Positions 1 through 10,464 of a stretch of 54,136 bases of DNA are shown in pieces. The DNA is from Octopus bimaculoides (Eukaryota). Location of the stretch: the NCBI RefSeq assembly GCF_001194135.2, contig NC_068989.1, forward strand, positions 62,945,444 through 62,999,579, written 5' to 3'. Position numbers and translations under genes: made by a program. The notes beneath the pieces are model-generated. The model ran no database searches. It was not told the DNA's origin and saw only the letters and a program-made list of their open reading frames with translations. Within the stretch, counting starts at the first letter, position 1, and each line of letters begins with the position of its first letter.

Positions 1-410
1 TATATATATATATATATGCATGCCTACACATAGATTTATACATCATTATACAAATGTGCATATATATACACAAGCACACACAAACACATATATATGTATG
101 TATGTATGTATGTATATATGTATGCATCCATGTGTGTTTGTATGTATGAACGGTTTTGCAATATCCGGCACTTCTCTATGTGAATGTTTCTCTATCGATA
201 AAATTTTCTGTCTCGAATCGTGGTAACATACTGAATTTATTAAAGTAGATAACAAAATACATCGTTGAAATTAACTATCCGGTAAATGCACACTTAAATA
301 ACACACAAATAACAAATATCGGTGAAATAGAGTAAAGTATTTTGATGTATTACGTAAGCACGGCTAAATAATGTCTGACGCTAATAAAACACACCCACAA
401 ACACATATAT

Positions 411-463
<53 letters not shown>

Positions 464-1164
464 AACATATGCATGCATATACATAGGCACACACACATAT
501 ATAACGATTTAATGGCTCATGGCGCAAAGCAGTGTTTATGTACAATCACAATTTACGTTAGGTGACATATGTTTTTCACATATTTCAAAAGCTAAAGACA
601 AATACATTGCAGTTAACGTGGAGCAAAAAGTCGCTCGTACGCTAGTAGATCGCCCGATCGAGATAAATATCGAAGTAATGTTGCAAAGCAGTGTTTACGT
701 ATAATGACAATTGAGGTTAATGGAAATATGTCTGTTACATATTTCAACTGCTAAAGGCAAATGCACTGCAGTTACCATGGGATAAACTCCCTTATGGTAA
801 CAAGGTATAAAAACACTCAGTTCGTTCAATGTCGCCATTTCTCGGGAATCTCAGACATCGATGCTTCGAATTTATTCAGTTCTTTCAGATTTGTCTCTCT
901 TAGGTACACCTCATCGACAAGAGTCAATAAACTCGAAACATCGATGACGAAATTAATAGATTTCAAAAGTCAGACTAGGAACATATTCAATACTAAAATA
1001 ATTACTTGAAACATACACAATGGAATATAAATTATCACACAAGTGGTATTCTCTTCTATATAACTTCCTAGTTGATCTTAAGACATTTAAAATCACAGAA
1101 ACGTAGTGATGAATATACCGTCGCTAGTATGTACATTTATTCCGTATTAATTTAGACAATATTT

Positions 1165-1372
1165 AAGACAGCAAGCTGGTAGAATCGTTAGCACCTCGCG
1201 GAATTTGCTTAGTGGAATTTCTGACGGATCCTTCACATCTGATTTCAAATACCACCTGGGTTGAATTTGTCGGCATCCTTTGGGAGTCGATGAAAGAAGT
1301 ACCAATTGAGCACTGGGTTTCAATCGATTAACCCCAAATTTCAGTCCTTGCGCCTATAGTAGAAAGGATTAC
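1165..1372 (+). mobile_element. tRNA-derived SINE, family A (~210 bp), diverged copy
   Basis: Head 'agcaagctggtagaatcgttagcac' with B-box-like 'gatttcaaatac'; body 'catcctttgggagtcgatgaaagaagtacc'; tail 'gtagaaaggatta'. The same layout recurs several times in the window. Confidence 0.85.
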
Positions 1373-1535
1373 TTCAGGTGAGAACAGATTAAGCATTATG
1401 GGGAAAGCAAAAAGTGGTATTTTGAATTAAAAATACATGTAAAACCTTGTCAATTAGTATAACTATTAACCTGTAGACTTTCATTAACCTAAAACAATTT
1501 CATTTTAAGATAGATTTCGAAACTCGATATCCCGC

Positions 1536-1567
<32 letters not shown>

Positions 1568-1863
1568 GTGTGTGTGTGTGTGAGCGTGTGGGTGCGAGTG
1601 CGCGCATGGGTGTGTCTTTATGTGTGCGTGTGACTATACATATGCAAATACTCACGCATACACCTCAGGGTCCTAGATTTTCTATTTATCTATACATATG
1701 CGATATGTATGTGCGTATGTGTGTGCTTGTCTCTGCTCATACTTGTGCGTTGTTTTTTTTGTGAACGCTTAGATGAACCTAACACACCCACACGACACGC
1801 ATACGCGCACACGCACGCACTAACGTGTACACGCAATCACTCTTGCGCACATGCACACACATG

Positions 1864-1900
<37 letters not shown>

Positions 1901-2590
1901 AAAAGATTAGTTATTTTCAATGAATAGATATTCAATTATATATAATTAAATGTCGAAATCTCTATTTGATAATCAGAAAACTAATATCCGTCTGCAGTCA
2001 GTCTGTAGCTGATGACGTATCGATACCTTTTTGTCCTTAACACAATACTGTACAAAATATATACAAGTACATACAATGATAATATATCCCTTACTATTAA
2101 TCTTCAAGTTAGAATTATACATCAGTATATACATACTTACTATTGTTTGCGTCTATTGTTAATGTCTGTCTATACTGAAAACAGTCATTTGAATATCTAG
2201 TTTGATGCGTATACATCTCTGCTTATTTTTTGCTCGCCTACATTTTTTTAAAAATATTTTTTCTGTTAACATATGTATTTAATCAGGTCTTACCTAATCA
2301 TTTATTAGAAAATATTATAGGAAATAACAACATACAACACAAATAGATATAGTGGGACCAGTAACTTTAAATCAATCAATTCATTCAGTGAAAATAAAGT
2401 ATAAGAGAAAACTATTTAATTTTCCCATAACATGTCACTCTAATGATTTGAATTTAAGGTATCTGCTTTATAAGAAACAGGAAAAAAAAATAAAAGGTTT
2501 CATACAATACGTGTACTGTTGTATAACAAAGAAAATCATGTTTCATAAAACATCTGAAATATTTCAGTTAATGTGGCAGAAAGTGTGAAA

Positions 2591-2805
2591 TATTACTGAT
2601 TTAAAATTTTGGCACCAACCAGCACGGGCGGGCATATGGAGTCAGTCGATTACATCGACCCCAATATTTAACTGGTACTTATTTTATTGATCCCAAAAGG
2701 ATGAAAGACCAAATTAGCGTCTGCGGGATTCATGGCGTAAAGGACGACGACATGTCGCTAAGCATTTTGTCTAACGTACTAACAATTCTGCCAGTTCGTA
2801 TCCTT
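2591..2805 (-). mobile_element. SINE family A copy
   Basis: Reverse complement of family A: 'gtcgattacatcgacccc...ctggtacttattttattgatcccaaaaggatgaaag...taacaattctgccagttcg'. Confidence 0.85.
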
Positions 2806-2944
2806 AGTCGGCAATATTATTGACTATGCTTTTTTATTCCCGAATAAACGCTGGTCAAGCAAAATTAATTTAATGAAACTATCCTTTTGACCAAGAAAAT
2901 TATTTCTCCGACACAGCGGACTTCATCTAATGGCTCGTTCTTCT

Positions 2945-3327
2945 TGTCGTGACACTCCGTCGGTTACGACGACGATAGTTCCAGTTGAACCGATCAACGA
3001 CACAGCCTGCTCGTGAAATTAACGTGCAAGTGGCTGAGCACTCCACAGACACGTGTACTTTTAACGTGGTTCTCGGGGAGATTCAGCGTGACATAGAATG
3101 TGACAAGGCTGGCCCTTTGAAATACAGGTGCAACAGAAACAGGAAGAAGGAATAAGCGCAAGTTATGGTGAAAAAGTACAGCAGGGTTCGCCACCATCCC
3201 TTGTCGGACTGTCGTGGAGCTTTAGGTGTTTTCGCTCAATAAACACTCATAATGGCCGGTCTGGGAATTGAAACCGCGATCCTACGACCGCGAGTCCGCT
3301 GCCCTAGCCACTGGGCCATTGCGCCTC
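2945..3327 (-). mobile_element. tRNA-derived SINE, family B (~380 bp), full length
   Basis: The minus-strand head GGCGCAATGGCCCAGTGGCTAGGGCAGCGGACTCGCGGTCGTAGGATCGCGGTTTCAATTCCCAGACC has Pol III A- and B-box motifs and a tRNA-like layout. It is followed by a non-tRNA body, so this is a SINE and not a tRNA gene. Confidence 0.8.
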
Positions 3328-4639
3328 TACTTGTTCTTTTTGTAACACAATATGGTATGATTTTAAAGGGGTAGGTTTACTACTTCAAATTATTTTATTG
3401 AATGAGCAGAGGATACTTTGGTTAATATTCACTTGCAAAACTATGTAGCACGCACCTGGAACTTGTTACTGACATTTTATTTGTTTCGTATACACCTCAT
3501 CTAAATATAACATAATTGTATACGGACTTAGAAGAAAGTATCCCTACAAAAATATAATTTTGGAAATTTGTTCATTTCGAATTTAAAACGTAAATACATG
3601 AACAGCTTGCAAACAATTCTCTAGCATAGTCAATTATTTTACGCTGCTTAACATATCGTCAAACACACGTAATCACAAACACGCAAATTCGCACACATAC
3701 TTTAGAAGTTTTGTTTTTCAGTTTATAGTTTCTTTAGCTTTTTTCTTTAATCGGTTTCTAAAATATTTTTCAAGCCTTTTTATCATCCTTATCTCATTTA
3801 CTTCCATATTATTCTTCTGAAGTAGGATTTGCAATTAATTAATTTATTTATTTGCTTATATATTTATTTGTTTAAACTCAGGTGAGTCGCGATTGAGTAA
3901 GGCCTAAATATAAAAAGAATTATTCCAGTCTTGAACATGTCTTGATATATTGGTGTTTATTTCCCTATATTATCTTTCCTTGTTTAAAATAGGGAAGTGG
4001 GATTTTAATGAAATTTGGCTGCTTTCTCTAGCATCTAGCATCTTGAAGGATCAGTGATTCCCATAAACTGTTAATATTTGTAAACCATTGTTTCTCAGAC
4101 TTTAGAATTATTTTTAAGATATGTTCTTCATTTTGTTTTTCATTTAAATCTACCTAGAGCACCCATAACAAAGTTAACTATATAATTTATTTCACTTTAT
4201 ACAATATTTATCTCATTCTTTTATTTATATCTTTTACTTAGTATTTTAATTCATCTACTCTCTGTCGGAAACTATTATCTTTTTGCATGGATATTGTATA
4301 TTTAAAACTATATTTCTATGGTTGCACGAATATAAACGTTTAGGAAATCGTTTGATCCACTTATGTCTCTTAGAAGTGACATGTTATATTCTCGACTATC
4401 GCTTTTCGCAATTCCTCTTTAGTCGATAATCTAATTTAGAATTTGAAAGAGGACTCTCCAAATGAATGTTACTTAATGATACGGCCACTTTGATACTTCC
4501 ATCTATTTCCTTCATTGATAATCATTGAGTTGTCCTCATAATATTTCCATAAAAATGTATACTATCATCATAACATTTCCATAAATATTAATACTATCAT
4601 CAAACATAATTTCTGTAATGGAAAAATAAAGAAGCAAAT

Positions 4640-4828
4640 GTGAAAGCAGGGAACAAGTTGATTTCATCGAACTCAGTACATGACAGGTACTTAATGTTAT
4701 CGAACTGAAATGATGAGAAGCAAAGCTATTCTCGGGATGATCTGAACATAGAACGTAAAATTGTAGCAACTGCTGCCGCCAAGAATTTTGGCAAACACGC
4801 AATGATCCTACCAGCTCAATTGCAAAAT
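4640..4828 (-). mobile_element. SINE family A, highly diverged copy
   Basis: 'catcgaactcagtacatgacaggtacttaatgttatcgaac...gaacatagaacgtaaa...atgatcctaccagctc' is collinear with the family A reverse complement. Confidence 0.6.
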
Positions 4829-4842
4829 AACTCCATAAGTAA

Positions 4843-5062
4843 TACTGGGTTCAAAATTTGGCATAATTCTAACAAGTTCCAGTGAGGGTGGCCTGACTCG
4901 ATTACATCGACAAAAGTATTCAACTGGTACTTATTTTATCGACACTGAAATGATAAAACACAAAGATCCAGGCAGAATTTGAACTCACCACGTGACGATG
5001 GACTAAATGACTCTAAGCATTTTCCCAGGCGTGCTAACAACCCAAACAACTCACTGCCTTCA
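4843..5062 (-). mobile_element. SINE family A copy
   Basis: 'tcgattacatcgac...caactggtacttattttatcgac...gaatttgaactc...taagcattttcccaggcgtgctaac'. Confidence 0.8.
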
Positions 5063-5098
5063 ACGTTATCAGTAATACTGATTTCAAATTTTGGTATA

Positions 5099-5170
5099 AG
5101 GTCACCAATTTCCGAGAGGTCACCAATTTCCGAGAGGTCACCCGTTTCCGAGAGGTCACCAATTTCCGAG
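5099..5170. repeat. 18-bp minisatellite, 4 copies (AGGTCACCAATTTCCGAG), inside a SINE-A 3' fragment (~5072-5215, minus)
   Basis: Units at 5099, 5117, 5135 (variant aggtcacccgtttccgag) and 5153. The flanks match the SINE-A tail. Confidence 0.9.
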
Positions 5171-5222
5171 TAGATGACATCCGCCCCAATACTCGGCAGG
5201 TATTTCTTTTTATCATCACCAT

Positions 5223-5443
5223 TAAGGCGATGAGCTGGCAGAGTCGTTAACACACTGGGTGACATGCTTAACAGTATTTCCTCGTCACTACGTTCTGAGT
5301 TCAAATTCCGCAAAGATCGACTTTGTCCTGCATTCTATCGGAGTTGATAAATTAAGTATCAGAAAAACATCGGGGTCGATGTAATTAATTAGTCCCCTCC
5401 CCCACCAAATTTCAGCCTTTGTACCTTTAGTAGAAAGGATTAA
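5223..5443 (+). mobile_element. SINE family A copy, full length
   Basis: 'aaggcgatgagctggcagagtcgttaacac...gttctgagttcaaattccgc...ggggtcgatgtaat...gtagaaaggatta'. Confidence 0.9.
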
Positions 5444-6399
5444 TATAAACATCATTATTATTAGAAATATATATATTATTAGCATTATGTGAATATAAAT
5501 TGTATTAGTACCAATAATTTCTATCATTACTTAAATGTAAAGGGTTCTCGTTACCAAAAGCAATGCATTCCGAAAATCTACATGCTTTTTTCTTTACTTT
5601 GTTTTTGCTTTCAAAGTAAAACAAGGCGAGAAATTTGAGATTTTTCACACTATATGATGACATGTTATGTGATAAGTATTTAAAAGCAAATGAAACTAAT
5701 AAGCCAATATGATTGTCAAATTTTAGAGTAGTTCGAGATATCTTTAGGGTATATAATGTAACATGATGAGTTGGTATTTACATGTTTAATTAAATATTTG
5801 TCAATTATTTACTATTTGTGTGCCAATTCTTATTTACTTGCAGTATAATTATAACATCTGAATATGCAGAAAATCCACATTTCTAGATTTCAAGTATGAG
5901 ATGTCTAATTTCATTTCTATAGCATATAACATGGAGAATTTAATTGTACTTGTGACAGATAATTTACAGTAATTACACTTTCACTTTCAATATTGACGTT
6001 AAAATGTGAGAATCCGTATAAAGAACCTATTATAATATCTGTTGTATAAAGTTCTCAACACGCCATTATCTTCAGGAATGCATTTATTCAGTTATCATTA
6101 TATGAAAATATGGATTAGATATGACTTTCATTTAATTACATGAAGCAAAATGTGGTTTTCTTTAGAATCTCTTCCTAAATTCTCTTTGTTTCAAATTCAA
6201 GAACTGCGGTTCTTTAATTTTTAAATTCCTGTTAGTAAGTAGTTTGTGAACATATATCTGTATGTGTGTGCGTGTGTATGCGTAAGCAAGAGAGAGAGAG
6301 AGAGAGAGAATGTGTGTCTCTGTGTGTGTGTGTGTGTGGTGTATAGGAGAGAGAGTGTGTGTGTTTGTGTATTAGGAAATTGACGGCAACCATCAGAAG

Positions 6400-7239
6400 T
6401 ACACTAGTATATGTATATGGCTAAGTACTCCTTTTATCGTTGTAAGACTTCTGTCAAATTTACCATCGTTACTTGAGACACCGGGAAGAGGGTATAATAT
6501 ACAGTTGCAGGAAGAATAACGATTCTGTCACAGCAGTTCAGCGTGAGTTTCGGCGCCACTTCAACATTCATCGAAACCAGGCTGTTCCCACACATAACAC
6601 AATCTTACGTTGTGTGAATGCACTTCGTACACGAGGTAGACTAATGAATAGGAGACCGGTGGGGGTGTCACGAACGGTACGGACGCCCCAAAATATGGAA
6701 AGCGTCAGGAAAGCTTTGATAGAGAATCCGAATCGCGCTGCACGGAGACAATCCACTGAATTTGGCATCAATATAGTATATGTTGCATGAAGAACTGCAT
6801 TTTCACCCGCAAAAGTTGGCCATTGGGCAACAGTTGAAACCATGGGGTTAAGCACAGCGGCTTAATATCGCGTTTCAGAAGGAAGCATTTTCGGACGCAA
6901 ATGACAACCTCATTTTGTTAATGAGTGATGAAGCTCATTTTCATCTCAATACGTTGGTGTATCAAGACAACCTTCGTTTCAGGCTCCTGAAAGTCTGAGA
7001 GAGCCATATCGCCCAAATCGATAGGGCAAGGCTGAGGGGAGTTGGCGCCAACTTCCAAAAACGCCTTCAGAAATGCAGCAATGAAAACGGATATCACATG
7101 AAGGGTGTAGTTTTCAACACTTAATTTTGACAAATGCTAATTCAATACGAACGCATTGATGTCAATAATATTTGTTTACGTCTAAAATTAATGATTCTGC
7201 CAATTTTTAAAGACACATCCGTCCTCTCTGCCCCCCACC

Positions 7240-7242
<3 letters not shown>
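6400..7242 (+). mobile_element. Tc1/mariner-superfamily DNA transposon remnant (DUF4817-type HTH transposase), internally deleted
   Basis: ORF 6473-6790 encodes SVTAVQREFRRHFNIHRNQAVPTHNTILRCVNALRTRG...RTVRTPQNMESVRKALIENP, an HTH N-terminus typical of this group. The first catalytic motif LLMSDEAHFHLN is at 6915-6950. The C-terminus NFQKRLQKCSNENGYHMKGVVFNT* ends near 7124. The terminus ...CACCCTG is followed by TA and (TA)n. I could not find the left TIR. Confidence 0.85.
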
Positions 7243-7281
<39 letters not shown>

Positions 7282-7596
7282 NNNNNNNNNNNNNNNNNNN
7301 NNNNNNNNNNNNNNNNNNNNNNNNNNNNNNNNNNNNNNNNNNNNNNNNNNNNNNNNNNNNNNNNNNNNNNNNNNNNNNNNNNNNNNNNNNNNNNNNNNNN
7401 NNNNNNNNNNNNNNNNNNNNNNNNNNNNNNNNNNNNNNNNNNNNNNNNNNNNNNNNNNNNNNNNNNNNNNNNNNNNNNNNNNNNNNNNNNNNNNNNNNNN
7501 NNNNNNNNNNNNNNNNNNNNNNNNNNNNNNNNNNNNNNNNNNNNNNNNNNNNNATATATATATACATATATATGCACACACACACACACACACACC

Positions 7597-7633
<37 letters not shown>

Positions 7634-8589
7634 GTTTGTGTGCGTATATCTTTAGATAGATAGAGAGAGGGGGAAAGAGAGGGATGCATACGTAAGCGTG
7701 TAACTATTAATAAATGCAAATCAATATTTTATATATATTAAAAATCTACAACAGTCCCATTTTAATTAAAACAACGACCCCATATCATCACAAAGTACAA
7801 TTGATATTGTGTAGATTAGTTTAATTCACCCGTTAAAACAATATTGTCGCTAATATATTCATTTCTATTTCAAATCTTAGTGCGTAGGCTTTACCCTTGG
7901 TGAGTTCTGATTTAATAAGATATGCATTAGCACCACTACGAATTCAGCCAACACTATTGCTAACTTTTCTAAAGAGCCCTCTTAAATTATATATATATTA
8001 TACATGCCATTATACAAGAGAAAAATTCCACTTCATCACTATCATGTCTCGTTTTACTACCCTTCGGAATATGTTGATTTGAGAAGAAATAATTCAAGCA
8101 AGAATATGCAGTGAATGGCATGACTTCTAACAGCATATAAACGACAAATCTTACAATCAGCATACACATCAATCAGAGCATTAGGCAAGAGAGAGTATAG
8201 AAAGCAATACATTTTAAAAAGATTTCACAAAGTTTGTCGACATTTACAATGTCGACAAATGTTTTTATTTTACAAATCTTATTCAAAGTGAGAAAAAAAT
8301 ATTTTGGAGTAGAACCAATGCTATCAAGTACTTGGCTGCAAAAGACAGCTGGGAAATATCCAAATAGCATCAATCTATCACTGTCAATATGCTTGATTGG
8401 TTTTTGTAATGTGTTCATTTATTTCGTTGTCATTCATACTGTACTTTAAAAAAAGTTGATTTATTTTCAAATTATCGGTAAATAACGTACCATTGTTGTT
8501 ATATTAAACAATGATATATATATAGGTCATCCACGACTATATACATGTTTGTGTATATTTGCGCATATTCATTATCAAAAAGACTTTGT

Positions 8590-8624
<35 letters not shown>

Positions 8625-8780
8625 CACACACATGCACACACACATACACACACATATAAAAGTGAGATGAGGAATGTGTGTGCTTCTGTATTTCTACATG
8701 AATTATAATCATAGAAAAACATAAATACGCGCATTATATATATCCATATATATATGTGTGTGTGGTGTGTGTGTGTGTGT

Positions 8781-8811
<31 letters not shown>

Positions 8812-9257
8812 CATATATCGGTATGTGTATATATATCATATCATATATATANNNNNNNNNNNNNNNNNNNNNNNNNNNNNNNNNNNNNNNNNNNNNNNNN
8901 NNNNNNNNNNNNNNNNNNNNNNNNNNNNNNNNNNNNNNNNNNNNNNNNNNNNNNNNNNNNNNNNNNNNNNNNNNNNNNNNNNNNNNNNNNNNNNNNNNNN
9001 NNNNNNNNNNNNNNNNNNNNNNNNNNNNNNNNNNNNNNNNNNNNNNNNNNNNNNNNNNNNNNNNNNNNNNNNNNNNNNNNNNNNNNNNNNNNNNNNNNNN
9101 NNNNNNNNNNNNNNNNNNNNNNNNNNNNNNNNNNNNNNNNNNNNNNNNNNNNNNNNNNNNNNNNNNNNNNNNNNNNNNNNNNNNNNNNNNNNNNNNNNNN
9201 NNNNNNNNNNNNATATATATATATATACACAATTCAAATAAACGAAAAATAAAGTTC

Positions 9258-9462
9258 TTTTCTACTCTAGGCACAAGGCCCGAAATTTTGGAGAACGGCC
9301 AGTCGATTAGATCGACGCAACTGGTATTTAATTTATCGACCCCGAAAGGATGAACGGCAAAGTCGACCTCGACGGAGTTTGGACTCAGTACGTGAAGAGA
9401 GACGAAATATCACTAAGCATTTCACAAGGCGTGCTAACGTTTTTTGTTAGCTTGCCTCCTTA
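9258..9462 (-). mobile_element. SINE family A copy
   Basis: 'tctactctaggcacaaggcccgaaattttgg...cagtcgattagatcgac...atcgaccccgaaaggatgaacggcaaagtcgacctcg...gcgtgctaacg'. Confidence 0.9.
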
Positions 9463-9736
9463 TAAACGAAAAATAAAATTAACAGTCACAGACAAGAGAA
9501 CTTGCACAAGGAATATATTAGCTTGACACTCAGTAAGGGGGAGGGTGTTTTCACATTTCAGACATAGCTCTCCGTCGGAAAGGGGAAAAGAAAACGCAAG
9601 AAAGGAAAAGAAAATGCTAGCATCAAGTGAGTATTTAAATTGCTGAAGTGACTTGTTTATATATATAAACATGTATATATATATTAATGTATGTTGAAAT
9701 GTACATATACTACATATATTACAGCAAAAGCTTTAT

Positions 9737-9801
9737 ATAGAGTTACCGAAGGTTTCGCGCCTACAAAGTAAAAATCCTGTAGGTGGCTCGTCAGTCTCTA
9801 T
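9737..9801 (-). ncRNA. Type I hammerhead ribozyme motif with intact catalytic core
   Basis: Minus strand reads AUAGAG-A-CUGACGA-GC-CA-CCUACA(GGAUUUUUACUU)UGUAGG-C-GC-GAAA-CC(UUC)GG-U-A-A-CUCUAU. Core CUGANGA, G10.1-C11.1, GAAA and U16.1-A17 are all present. Stems I, II and III can all be drawn; the only defect is an A.A mismatch at 1.1/2.1. Confidence 0.8.
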
Positions 9802-9810
9802 GTCCTTTTC

Positions 9811-10464
<654 letters not shown>

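Noticed and set aside
3255-3327. tRNA-like cloverleaf on the minus strand
   Set aside because: It continues into a SINE body and lacks a proper acceptor stem and terminator, so it is a SINE head and not a tRNA gene.
5099-5170. AGGTCA direct repeats as a nuclear-receptor response element, or EIGDLS repeat protein (ORF 4936-5313)
   Set aside because: The unit derives from the SINE tail, the 12-bp spacing is simply the repeat period, and the ORF spans SINE sequence.
8233-8259. Perfect 12-bp hairpin TTTGTCGACATT-tac-AATGTCGACAAA
   Set aside because: Isolated and short, with no supporting context.
9548-9585. Second HHR-like motif on the minus strand (CCGACGG-AGA..UCU-GAAA-UGUG)
   Set aside because: Three or more core violations, including G at position 17. 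At most it hints that 9465-9810 is terminal-repeat derived.
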